Source of the DNA: the human T2T-CHM13v2.0 reference genome, Homo sapiens
Length of the DNA stretch: 64,000 nucleotides
Strand: one strand, 5' to 3'
Assembly (NCBI RefSeq): GCF_009914755.1
Contig: NC_060932.1
A program made the translations under genes and the position numbers. A model generated the notes under the pieces. The model had not been told where the DNA came from and made no database searches. It worked only from the letters and a program-made list of their open reading frames with translations. Of this stretch, positions 47,335-61,970 are shown piece by piece. Positions within the stretch are counted from its first letter, which is position 1; the number at the start of each line of letters is the position of its first letter.

Positions 47335-49169
47335 ATGTCCATTTAATTTTGTTTCTGTCACTTGCAAATGAAAGAATTCTGGCTAATAGATCTTTGTAGA
47401 CTTTCATTAATATATAAAATATATTTTAAAATTGTATCGGAACTTGACCATTGAAGATCATCTGTCAATCCAAGGATATGTATGTTGCTGTCATTAATTA
47501 GTGAGTCCTGTAGATAAGACCCACAAGGGATTAGCCTGAGTAAGCTATCCCTAACCTTCTGAACCTTTCATTCAGGCAGATTTAGCAATAAAAAAAAAGA
47601 AAAAAAAAACTTTATAGGAAATATATACTTTACAATACCTGAAGAAGCATCTCCATTTTCTTTTCACAGTTCTGTTTCATTTTGGCAACTTGTGACGAAG
47701 AACCTCTAAGCCTAAAAATTATAAAGAAAAAAATGGGATAATGAAAATAATTAATGATATAAATATTAATATTACTTATAGAATATTTTTAAACTCCAAC
47801 AAATTAACGGCTCTCAATTTTCCATTTGCTTTTATGTTTATCAAAATGCAAAGGGACAAAGTTGTTGATATGCCATGTTGTATAATTGATTTATGTATAG
47901 AAGTAATTCATGATAGTCAAAATTAAAATATTATGCCTTGATATAGCAGTGCTCATTAGAGTAAAATCACGCTAGGTTATAGAAACGTCTTTTCAATTTA
48001 CAGTGTAAGGTTATTCCAACAACATAAAAATAGAATTTAATTGAATTTGGGTAGAATTATTTCCAACATATGTATGAGATGAATTCAAGATTGGGAGCAG
48101 GGGGTGTAAAACAAATGTTTCTTCAAAGATGTTTTCCTTCCAGTCTAAATGGTAGCAACATTAAACCTGCCCTCTGCAAATTGTGCCATCTGGTCCTCAC
48201 CAGAAGAGTCCGTGACTATGTGGCTTCCATCGGTCCAAGGCAGGGCTGGCCTTCTCCCCTTCACGCTGATTTTCTGGTTTGAGGACCCGTGCTCTGAGGC
48301 GTATAAACTGCTTTACTTCCCCTATTAAGACGTTGACATGAATCCAAAGCGGTATCCTTGCAGTAGTGAAGAAAGGCTTCAAAATTGAAATGAACCACCC
48401 TTGCAGTTTAATGCTCTTGTCATGTAGGGTTTCTTCCTTTCCTTCCTTTCTTCTGTCCTTTTTTCCTTTCTTAATTTTTTTTTTAAATAAAGACTACAAA
48501 CAGCAGGGGATATACAGACCTTGCAATCACTAGAAAATGAAATGTTTCCACAGCATTGAGATGCATTTAGTGCTAAGACGAAAATTTAGTTCCTTCTATT
48601 CTTTTGTAAGGAGAAAGTCTTCTTTGAAACAAAAATGAAATAGAAATAATTTCAGGGTGATGGGACATCCCCAGCCTTCAGGTCATGCTGCTCTCTCATC
48701 ATTTTTTAGGTTGCTTGGTGATAAAAGAAAAGGAAAAAAAGAGAAAATTCCCTAATCAGAGTTTCATCAACTGAGTGATCAACAAGAGAAAATGGCCACT
48801 TTTATATTCATTAAAGTAACTTTTCAAAGAGGAGAGATTTCAGAATTAGTGACACTGAGTGCATATTGCTAAATTTATTGTTGACCGTTACTTGGAAATT
48901 TTTGTTTGATCTTTCTTTGCTTTCTTCTGTGGTGTAGCTTCATTATATATATATGGTTGCATCTTTCTTTTAAGTTCACTCTGACAATTTAGTTTCCTTA
49001 TGTTTCGTTGTTCTGGGAATCACATTCAAAAGAAATTAAGGCTTTTTTTAATTCAAAAAAAGCAATAAATCTTTCAACAAATAACATAAATTTTTAATTA
49101 AAAAATAAAAACAGCTACATGCATTATATGTATATAAAACATTTCTTTATTTGATCTTTCTCCAATGAT

Positions 49170-50330
49170 AACAGTATTATAAGATTGTTACAAACAATTA
49201 AAATAGTGTAATATAAAAAGGTAGAGGTGCAGAAATAATTTTGTGTATACTCCCCACTTCACCCCCCATCTACCACCATCTCACCCCGCTGAGTTAACCG
49301 ATGTTGGCCATCTTTGATATATCCTTTTATGCTGCTATGTTTACATATTCTTTATACCATACATAGAGATTTGAAGGTAATACTTTAAGTGAAAAATAAT
49401 CATATCATATGGGTTTTTTGCAAATTGTGTTATTTATTTTGAAAATATGTCATAGAAGATTTGTATGATGAATTTTTTTAACTTTTTATTACAGAAAATT
49501 TCAAATATATACAAAAGTAGGAAGACTTGTAAAATTAACCCCCATGTACCCATCAACCAGCTTAAACAATGATCAACTAAAAGACAATATCTTTTGCATC
49601 TTACCCTCCCTACTCAATTATTGTGACACAAATTTAGATATCATGCCACATCAATCATAAATATTTAAGGTGCACCTATTAATAGAAATGATGAATATTT
49701 TAGTACAACCATAATACTTTTTAACAATCTAAAAATTAATAGCCAGCCAGTATTCAAACGTCCAGTTTTCTCATAAATGAAGTCTTATGGTGCTACAGAA
49801 TGTCTCACAATATGGATTTTTTTGGTCAGGAATAACTCACAGGTGGATTTGTATATATCTCCAGAATGCACATGTCTGCTAGTCTCTTTTTTTGTGATAT
49901 TAGCAGCCATTGATAATCATTGCCTACTTCTATTAATTTATTAGTGGTTGCAAAATTGTAATAGTCTAATGATACAACTTTTTCTTGATTCATTGCCTGG
50001 AATATTTCTATAAAAAGAAAAGGCCTTTAATCAACAAGTTTCTTACTCTGAGGAGGAGTTCATATAGGAAAGAGAGAACAAATGCTTAAATATTTCCCTT
50101 TGCTTACCTCTTTTCAAAATAATGAATAAGATTTCTTATACCCTCCAAAAATATCCAATGATTTCTAAGTATAAATATAAATTTATGGATGTAAACATAT
50201 TTGGTATGTCTCAATCCAGTGTGTTTATTACCTTTTATGTTGTTTAAATGGTCATATCTTTTGCCACAGACTTTTGAGCCCATTTTTATACCCTCTGGAT
50301 GGCTATTTTACCTTCTTAAAACAAGTTATG
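49170..50330 (-). mobile_element. Ancient L1MC/L1ME 3' fragments
   Basis: 'gaaaatttcaaatatatacaaaagtag...ccccatgtacccatcaaccagctt'. Confidence 0.65.
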
Positions 50331-50834
50331 CCAGCTTTAGCATTTGACAAAATGCAACATCCTTACATGATTAAGAAAAAAAAACTGAACAAATTAGGTA
50401 TAAAAAGAATGCACTTCAAGATAATGAAGAACATATATGCTGAACCCATAGCTAATATTACACTCAATGGTGAAAAGCAGAAAGTTTTTTCTCTAAGAAT
50501 AGGAACAAGACAAAGATTCCCACACTCACTGCTTCTATTGAATATAGTATTGGAAGTCCTAGCCAGAGCAATTAGGCAAAGAAAGAAGAAAGAGAGAGCA
50601 TAACAATTAGAAAGAAGTAAAATTTTCTCTGCTTGCAGTTGATATGGTCTTATATCTAGAAAATCCTAAAGATTTCACCAAAAAAAAAACCTAAAACTGT
50701 CAAAACTAATAAACAAATTTAATAAAGTTGTAGGATGAGCTTTATTTGTATTGATCAACAAAATCAATACACAAATCAGTTACATTTCTATACACCAACA
50801 ACAAACTATCTGAAAAAATAAATGAAGAAAACAA

Positions 50835-51104
50835 ACAGAAAACCAAACGCCACATGTTCTCACTCATAAGTGGGAGCTGAACAATGAGAAGACAAGGACA
50901 CAGGGAGGGGAACATCACACACCGGGGCCTGTCAGGTGGTGGGGGGCAAGGGGAGAGAGAGCATTAGGACAAATACCTAATGCATGCAGGGCTTAAAACC
51001 TAGATGATGGGTTGATAGGTGCAGCAAACCACCATGGCACATGTATATCCATGTAACAAACCTGTACGTTTAGCACATGTATCCCAGAACTTAAAAAAAA
51101 AAAA
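50835..51104 (+). mobile_element. L1PA8-like 3' end (short, 5'-truncated)
   Basis: 'gagcattaggacaaatacctaatgcatgcagggcttaaaacctagatga...atcccagaactt' followed by A12. Confidence 0.88.
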
Positions 51105-51400
51105 TGTTGATAGGGGTGAAACTCAGAGAAAAAAAGGAAGGGGAGAATCATGGGACCCATCCCAGCAGGGTGGGAATCATTAGATTATTATTAGGAAATG
51201 GAATGAGGTAAATGGAAATTTATTATGTAAAATAAAGGCCTTAATACAGTATCAAAGGTTGAGTGGACCAAAGAGAGCCCCTGCTGCTTCCCCAGTATTA
51301 GAGAGACCCAAGCCAATTTTCTATATTTACCCCAGATTGGAGAAATTTTTTTTAAAAAAATCAGAAAGCAAAGTTACAATAAGGAAAAAAAAAAAGGACA

Positions 51401-51944
<544 letters not shown>

Positions 51945-52569
51945 CTACACATTCAATGCAATCTCTATCAGAATTCCAATGTTATTTTTTGGAGAAACAG
52001 AGAAAAAACTCCTAAAATTCATGTGGAACCACAAAAGACCCCAAATAGCCAAAGCAGTCTTGAACAAAATGAACAAAGCTGAAGACGTTATACTTAATGA
52101 TTTCAAATTATAGTAGAAAGCTATAGTAATAAAAACACCATGGTACTGGCATAAAAACAGACACATAGACCAATGGTACAGAATTGAGAGCCTGAAAATA
52201 AACCCACACATATACAGTCAACTAATGTTTGACAAGGGTGCCCAGAATACAAAATGAAGAAAAGACAACCTCTTCAATAAATAGTATTGGGAAAACTAGA
52301 TATCCACATGCAAAATAAAACCCGGCCATTGTGTTATGCCATACACAAAAAATCAACTCAAAATGGATTAAAGGCTTCAGTGTAAGGTGTGACAAAAATA
52401 AAACTTCTAGAAGAAGACAGGGGAAAAGTTCTTTGATTCATCTTAGCAATGGATTTTTAGATAAGACACTGAAAGCACAAGCTACAAATGCAGGAATAAA
52501 CAAGTGGGATTATATCAAACCAGACAGCTCCTGAATAGCAAAGGAAACAACCAACAGAATGAAAAGACT

Positions 52570-53199
52570 CCAGCCTGGGCAACATGGCAAAACCCTGTCT
52601 CTACTAAAAATACACAAAATTAGCCAGGCGTGGTGCATGCCTGTAGTCAGGTGCATGCCTGTAGTCTCAGCTACTGGGGAGGCTGAGGTGGGATAATCAC
52701 CTGAGTCTAGTGTGTTAGTCCATTTTCACACTGCTATAAAGTAATACCAAAGACTGGGTAATTTTTATAAAGTAAAGAGATTTAATTGACTCACAGTTCC
52801 ATATGCTAGGAGGCCTCAGAAAACTTACAATCATGGCAGAAGGTGAAGGGAAATCAAGCACCTTCTTCACAAGGCAACAGGAGAGAGAGAAAGAGTGCAT
52901 GAAAGGGGAAGACCCCCACACTTATCAAACAAACAGCTATCATGAGAATTCACTCACTATCATGCGTACAGCATAGGAGAAACCATCCCCATGATCTGAT
53001 CACCTCCCACCAGTTTCCTCCCTTGACATGTTGGGATTATGGGGATTACAATTTGAGATGAGATTTGGGTAGGGACACAGAGCCAAACCTTATCATCTGG
53101 GAAGTCAAGAGTGCGGTGAGCTGTGATCACTCCACTCTACTCCAGCCTAGACAACAGGAGTGAGACCCTGTCTTTTAAAAAAAGAAAAAGAAAAAGAAA
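52570..53199 (+). mobile_element. 5'-truncated AluJ split by THE1D
   Basis: The right arm 'gggataatcacctgagtctag|...|tctgggaagtcaagagtgcggtgagctgtgatc' is continuous across the LTR. Confidence 0.85.
52711..53095 (-). mobile_element. THE1D/MSTA-like solo LTR
   Basis: 'tgtgttagtccattttcacactgctataaag' ... 'gggacacagagccaaaccttatca'. 5-bp TSD tctag/tctgg. Confidence 0.9.
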
Positions 53200-53793
53200 A
53201 TACAACAGGATGGAAGAAAATATTTGCAAACTATACATCTGATAAGGGGTTCATATTCAAAATATATAAAGACCTCAAACAATTTCACTGTAAGAAAACA
53301 GACAACCTGATTAAAAAATGGGCAAAGGACCTAAAAAGACATTTCTCAAAAGGAGACATGTGAATGAGCAACAGATATATGAACAGGTACTCAGTATCAC
53401 TAACCATCAGGAAAATGCAAACCAAACCATAAGGATATACCATCTCACACCTATTAGGATGACTAATATTAACAAAACAAAAGATAATAAGCTTTAATGA
53501 GGATATGAGAGAAAGGAAACCCTGATACACTGCTAGTGGGAATGTAAATTGGTACAGCCTTTAGGAAACAAAAACAGTAAGGAGGTTTCTCAAAATATTA
53601 AAAATAGAACTACCATATGATCCATCAACCCCACTTCTGGGTATTTATCCAGAGGAACTTAAATCAGGATCTTGAAGAGATACCTGCATGCCCGTGTGTT
53701 TTGCAGCATGGACAGGATATGCAAACAACCTAAATTTCCACTGGTGGACAAATGGATAAAGAAAATGTGGTATACACATAAAATGGAATATTA

Positions 53794-54147
<354 letters not shown>

Positions 54148-54544
54148 AAGGAAATCTTGCCATTTGCAACAGCATGGATGGACCTGGAGGACATTATGCT
54201 AACTGAAATAAGACAGGCACAGAAAGACAGATACTAAATGTGTGATCTCATTTATATGTGGAGTCCAAAATAGTCAAATTCATAGAAGCAGAGAGTAGAA
54301 TGGTGGTTACCAGGGACTGAGATGAGGGAAAACTGGGGAGGTGATGGTCAAAGGGCACAAATTTTTATTTATGCAAGGTAAGTTCTTGCATATTGCTTAT
54401 AGCTAACAATACTTAATTGTACACTTAAAATTTGCTGAGAGTATACCTTATGTTAAGTGTTCTCAACAAAGAAGAAAGCAATAACAATAATAACAAAGGT
54501 GGCAAGAGGAAACTTTGGGAGGCAATTAATATATTTATGGCTGA

Positions 54545-54838
<294 letters not shown>

Positions 54839-55169
54839 TATGTTAATAGCCTTGATGGTGATGATGGTTTCATGGGTGTATACTTATCCTCAAACTCATC
54901 GAGTTGTATACATTAAATGTGTACAGTTTTTCACATAATAAGCATTAAGTAAATGTAAACTAGTATTATTAATTTCAATGTGCTCTTTACACATTCCTAC
55001 TATTGTGCTTTTTCTTTCAACATTAGAATTCTTAACTTTGCAAGTTTATATTTTTATTATATCCACCTCAATCCTTTCTCAGTCAAACTTAAATCTACAT
55101 ATATTTGTGCAAAGACTTTTGTCATAGAATTGTATTAAGTGCCTTATGAAATATACAATAATTATATCA

Positions 55170-57090
55170 TGAAAAAGATGGTGGGTTGAACACCTGTATC
55201 TACTTTGATCCCTCCTGAAACTTCACTAAAATAAGAATAAAAAGATTTTCTTTAATGAACAAACCAACAAAACTGTAAAGAACAGGAAAGGAAGCAAGAA
55301 AAACAAGATTTCAGAAGCTGGAAAGCAGACAGACGAGTGAGTAGCAAATCAAAGGATTTATCAGAGAGAGATGTAATTTACACCAGAAAATACCCAGAGC
55401 TTCTGTCACCCCACCTTTCCATATGAAAAGGCAAGGAGGATCATCAGACATCTGAGGAAAAGCCGCTAACCTGACAGATAAAGACAAAACCAAACAAACA
55501 AGAGAACAACTCCATGGAAGCAGACACAATGTAGGGGAAGAAACGTTATTAAAAAGCAAAAACTATCAATGATATCCTCCAATAAATTAGAGAAAACATT
55601 GTAGCCATGTAAGGAGAATGGAATGCTCTTTAAAAAGGGATTCTGAAAACAAAAAGCATAGGTCTCAAGCTCTTGGAAATTGAAATTCTGTTTGCAGAAA
55701 TTACATGTATTCTATAGAAGAGAAGGAAGATAGGCCTCACAGAAAGTAAAGCAAAAATGAAGGACATGGAAAATAAGAGTAAAAATATAAGAAAAAGAGA
55801 GAGGACTAGTCCAAGAGGCCCTAAAAGGGAGAGCCAACAAACAGGGAGAAGGATATCATCCACAAACATACTCAAGGGAATTTCAGAAAATTGAAGCATA
55901 TGACTTCAAAGTACAGAATCCACTAAATGCCCCTCACAGTGGATAAAATAGATGCTACGAGAAAAAAGAAAATCCTCAGATTTCTGCTGATCACTGAGAG
56001 ATAAGAGCTTTTTGAGAGAAAAACAGATCACATGAAATGAACCATAAACCTGAATGGCTTCAGGCTTCCTAACAGCTACACTTAAAGCAGGATTACAGTG
56101 AAGCAATTCCTTTAAACTTCTGAAGGGAACATGTTTCATACCTAGAATTCCACCCCCAGTCCAACTACAGATCAAGTCAGAAGGCCAGGATAGACATTTC
56201 CAGACAAATAACATCTCTGAAATTTTACCTTGCTTTCAACCTATCTATGAAAACTACTGGAGGATACATGCCACAAAAATTAAGGAGTAACACAGGAAAA
56301 ATGAAGAATAAAATACAGAAAACAGGAGATGGCACATGAAGAGACGAGGGAGGAATAATGAAAAAGAGAGACCAAGGATGGCAGCTGTGATCTGGCACAC
56401 AAGCCAAGCAGGCCAGATGGGCCCAGCCCCAAGGGCTGTGATAGATATTTTTTCAAGAAGATGCAAACGGGAGAAGATCTGATCCATCAGAAGGTCTTCA
56501 GACTGTGATTCATGCCTCTTGCTGTCCCTTGTGTCACTGACTCCTCTAGATGTTCACATTATTAATTTCCCCATACCATGAAATTTAGACTGGCCTTGAA
56601 GTTGAATTACTGATAAAAACAGAAAGAAGGCAATTATTTTCTTCAGAGAAAACAAAACATACAGATTGGGAAAAGGAAGACTTACTTAATACAATGGCTC
56701 AGCTTTGAATAGCATATACAATTGTCATGTTATGGTAATATAAACACTGAATTCTGATGTAATCAAAACTATAGGACAATGTTGCAAGGATGAAGACATG
56801 GAAAGAGTGCACGGTTATGGTGACAATAGGAGGAAATAGAATTCAGTCTCTCACATCTGCAGAGGCAGATGGAATACCTCAGCTCAAAGTCAGAAACAGC
56901 AAGAAAATCATGGAATTTAGAGATATGGAGGTAAATTCTAAAATCAGCTAAAGTAAATGAAAGTGTTTCCTGCCAAGAAGGGAAATCAGGGTGGGGCAGG
57001 GCAGAGAGGACTGGTATATTTCATAACATAACTTGTAGAACTATCTAGCTCTTTGAACTATATGTACATGTAATTGCAGTAAAAGTAAAG
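55170..57090 (+). mobile_element. HAL1 (half-L1, ORF1-only non-autonomous LINE), long remnant
   Basis: Degenerate ORF1-like region (~55600-56250), 'aactactggaggatacatgccacaaaaattaaggagtaacacagga' and the 3' end 'cttgtagaactat...aactatatgtacatgtaatt'. Confidence 0.7.
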
Positions 57091-57269
57091 GAAAATTGAA
57101 ATCACTTTTATGAAAATAGGATAACTAAACTGCATTTTACAATTCTCTTTCCCAAATGAGATAAAAGGTATTTCTTCAAAACTTATTTCCATAATTTATT
57201 TCTTTGTCAACTTCTTTTATCATTGATGGAGCCTATCCTGTCTTCATTAAAGCAAAATTAGCATTAGTA

Positions 57270-57930
57270 CAGTTCATTCATTTATTTATTCAATCAATAA
57301 ATAGATATCAAGGCATCCTTGCCTTAAAGGAGCTCACCATACCTCAGGGGGAACATTAAATTACAAATCCCCCAGCTGCCCGAGGAAAAGAATATCAAAT
57401 GTGTCATTAGAGGACAGGACAGGGATAGATTTGCCTGAAAGTATCTCAGAAAGTTCCACAAAGGGATTTTAAAGACCTGAAAGAGGAGACTAGGTAGATT
57501 TTTATTTTACTTTGTACATTCTCAAGGTAATTCAGTGAAATGAATGTTAAAGAGTATATCTTTGTGCAGGTCACTCTACTAAAGGCTATAGGAAACATGA
57601 AGATGAATGAAGATAAGGTCTTTACTGCTGGCCCAAAATATAAGAGAGTAAAATAAGCACTAACGTAAAAGTTCAGAGAGCTTCAGGGGAGTGGACACAG
57701 ACAGTTGTTCCAGAGAAGGGATCTGGAGCTTTGGGAAAGTGCAGTTTGAGAGGTGGGACGTGATTAAGTGTCTATCTGTTCATTGACTTCCAGAAGCAGA
57801 ATACTTGATTTATCTGTTCACTCATAATTCTTTCCTTCATTCAACTGCCATATATTAAGTGCCTACTCTGTACCAGATACTGGACTGGGTCTGAGTATAC
57901 AAGGTGTACTTGAGCACAGGCAAAGGAAGA
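57270..57930 (-). mobile_element. L2 fragments
   Basis: 'ttcattcatttatttattcaatcaataaat' and 'tattaagtgcctactctgtaccagatactg'. Confidence 0.6.
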
Positions 57931-58404
57931 CATCACAGAGCAAGTCCAAAGAAAGGAGACAAGCTGGCTGGGCTGGTGTACAGGAGGGAGTGGAAGGGAG
58001 GACAGGAAGGGAGGAGAGGAGAGAGGTGGCAAGGAAAGATGACTCATAAAAATCAAAGAAGGCAGGGATGACTACCCTTCATGTTTAATTTTTCCCAACT
58101 TCCTCTAACTCCTAAATTATTGCCTGCTTTTAGGAAATTTTAAAGCCCTTGGAAAAAAATTCGTAAAATAAACCTATGTAGAAGTTAGTTGGCTCCTCTG
58201 GGTTCCTTGGGTGGAATATAACCTGACAGCCTGAATGGTGCTGTCCCTTGGGGCCCTTCCCAGGTCCCAAGCCTGTGGACCCTTATGTGATATCCCACCA
58301 CTACCCTGCCCATCCCTTCACTCTCTAAGAGCAGAAATGGAGCAGCTCAGTGTTTTGGCGGTTCATTTGTGTTGTAGCGTGTGTCGGTACTTCATTCTTT
58401 TAGT

Positions 58405-58718
58405 TTCTTTTTAAGCTGCTTTGTTGAAATATTAACTCATGTACCATATGATTCAACCATTTAAAGTGAAAAGCTTTTAAGTATACTCACAAAGTTGTAC
58501 AACCATGACCACAATCAATTGTAGAACACTTTCATTGCCCCAAAAAGAAACCTCATACCCATTGGCAGTAGTAGTGTATTCTTTTTGTGGCCGAGTGCTA
58601 TTCCCTTGCACAGATAGATCATATTTGGTCTATCCATCCATTTATTGATGAACATCTGGGTTGCTTCAACCTTTTGGCTATTGTGAATAGTGCTTCTATG
58701 GACATTTGTTTGCAAGTT
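58405..58718 (-). mobile_element. L1MB/ME 3' fragment
   Basis: 'caaagttgtacaaccatgaccacaatcaatt..gaacactttcattgccccaaaaagaaacc'. Confidence 0.75.
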
Positions 58719-58723
58719 TCCCT

Positions 58724-58942
58724 GGAGACAGGAAACAGATTGGCAGTTGCCAGGGACTTGAGAAATGGGCAGGGGGAGTGACTGACTTACTAAGTTCAGG
58801 GCTTCCTTTTGAGGTGATGACAAATTTTCTGAAATATAACTTTGGGATTGCACAGCATCGTGAACCTACTTAATGCCACTGAATTGTGTACTTTAAAATA
58901 GTTAAAATAGTAAATGTCATGTTTTGTGTATTTGCCATAATA
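58724..58942 (+). mobile_element. L1MB7-like 3' end
   Basis: 'gagacaggaaacagattggcagttgccaggg...gccactgaattgtgtactttaaaat'. Confidence 0.75.
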
Positions 58943-59312
58943 ATGCTCCCTTTTTCTTCTGTCAGAAGTCTCATTTCCTTTGCTCCCACTATCTCTCGCT
59001 TGCCCAGGCAGCTTCCTCTTCTCTGCCTTTAGTAAGGTCTTTAGTAAAGGCTGTACTCTCAGCAGCACTTGTGTGTCACTTAAAACTGTAGGGAGAAAGT
59101 GCCCAAAACAACTTGTTCTAACAGGAGAGTTTAACTGGGTGACATATTCTGCAGAAAATCCCCGTGGACAATTCAGCCATTCCCATCTCCATGTCTGAAC
59201 TTCTTTCTTCATTTTGACTGCTGAAATCTTTCACAGCTTCTATTAAAATTGCCTCTTAAATATAAATAGCTGCAATCTCATTCCAATTCATTCCATGATT
59301 TCAGGCTCCTAA

Positions 59313-59314
59313 CA

Positions 59315-59366
<52 letters not shown>

Positions 59367-59371
59367 TATAC
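59313..59371. repeat. (GC)n(AC)n alternating purine-pyrimidine microsatellite
   Basis: Read directly. Confidence 0.95.
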
Positions 59372-59959
59372 GGCGCTTAGAGCCCCGCCTGCTCTCCTTT
59401 CTCTTACTTGGAGAAGAGAATATTATCTACAGGGCTCTGTGTGCTACAAGGCCCACATATCTCTTCCTTGGGATGAACAAAGAGGCAGAGGCCCGATTGG
59501 CAAGATTCCTAAGGATGAGAGATTTCTCACATGTAGCCAGCAGAGGTTGAAGGAAGAGGTCCAAGTTACCTTGGTAATCAGGAGCTGACAGTGCCTCAGA
59601 GCTGGCACTGGGCTTGGGACTCCTCCCACCCCACCTCTATCTCCAGTTTTCTTGAGAAGAGTGACAGTAAAGGTAATCTGTTATCTCCCTATTTCTCAGT
59701 GTTTGCCTTTATCTGCTGACTGGGCAAGACTTCTTTAGTTTCTGAAGAAGTTTTGTGGTTGTTTTTCTTAGCCACAGCAGGCAAGGACTGTGCCTAATAA
59801 TTAGAACAAGCTAGTGATAAGAATTGCAGAAGGGTCTTTAGGAACTTAACATTAATGAGTAGATAGATGATTCTTAACTGTCTGCTACACTCATATAGGC
59901 AAAATCATGTGAACTTTATTTTAATATCTATGGTAGGATTCCAAACAAAAATAAATTCT

Positions 59960-60253
59960 GGCCAGGCACGGTGGCTCAAGCCTGTAAGCTCAACACTTTG
60001 GGAGGCCAAGGTGGGAGGATTCCGTAAGTCCAGGAGTTTAAGACCAGCCTGGGCAACATAGAGAGACCCCATCTCTATGAAAAAAAATTTAAAAATTAGC
60101 CAGATGTGGTGGCACACGGCTGTAGTCCTAGCTACTCAGAAGGCTGAGGTGGGAGGATCACTCGAGCTTGGGAGGTCAAGGCTGCAGTGAGCCACGATTG
60201 TGCCACTGCACTCTAGCTTGGGTAACAAAGCAAAACCTTGTCTCAAAAAAAAA
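59960..60253 (+). mobile_element. AluJ
   Basis: 'gggaggatcactcgagcttgggaggtcaaggctgcagtgag'. Confidence 0.88.
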
Positions 60254-60255
60254 TT

Positions 60256-60616
<361 letters not shown>

Positions 60617-60720
60617 CTATTGCTTATAAATTTACAGATTACTTGGGTTGTTTTTATTAGTAGAAAATTTTATCTTTAGAAATAGACAATAAAGTATTTT
60701 GACATTTTAAATTTAGTGAG

Positions 60721-61035
<315 letters not shown>

Positions 61036-61399
61036 ATTTAGTGAGGAGCAAATGTAAGCACTCAGAATCCTCAAAGCTGATTTATTTTTATTTATCTCTA
61101 GGGAAAACCTAAGAACACATGACATGAATTTGACTATTCACCTTAAGTTTTACAGTGAAAGTTTCGATTTGCCTCCTATCCTATTACAAAATTCAGATAC
61201 TCTCTTTGTTTTGTCTTTATTTCCTAAGAAATGATTTCTTTTGTTCTTAATGGAAGATTCCAAAGATATATCTCCTGACTCAATGTTGGCTTACAGACCC
61301 TTTTAGACAAGCTTGTTTTGTATCACAGGAAGTTCTTCAGATTCTCAACTAGAAGCCAAATGAGTCACCATTTTGTCTTCTGCATCTTTCAAATAGAAT

Positions 61400-61970
61400 T
61401 TGTTTTTGAAATAATAGCTTTATTGAGATATAATCCACATATTGTATAATTCATCTTTTTAAAATGTACAATTTAAAGGTATTTAGTATATTCACACAGT
61501 TGTGCAATTGTCATCACAATCAATTCTGGAATTTTGGAATATTTCATCACCTTCAAAAGAAACCTCATACCCATTAAGAGTAACTCCCCACCTCCCCCTC
61601 CCCCAGTTGCTGGCAACCACTAATCTCGTTTCTGTCTCCATGGATTTGTCTATTCTAGATAGTTTTCATAAATAGAATCACAATATTTGTTCTTTTGTGT
61701 CTGTCTTCTTTCACTTTTCACAATATTTTCAAGGTTCATCCATGTTGTAGCATATATCATCACTTCATTCCCTTCTATGGCCAGTGAATATGGCATTCCC
61801 TTCTATGGCCAGTGAATGGATATACCACATTTTATTTATCCATACATTAGTTGATGGACATTTGGGTCATTTCTATCATTTAGTTATTATGCAAAGTGCT
61901 ACTATGAACATATGTGTATGAGTTCTTGTGTGGATGTATGTTTTCAGTTCTCTTGTGTTCACATAAACAT
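61400..61970 (-). mobile_element. L1MB7/8-like 3' fragment
   Basis: 'agctttattgagatataat...ctggcaaccactaatct...ttcaaggttcatccatgttgtagcat'. Confidence 0.85.
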
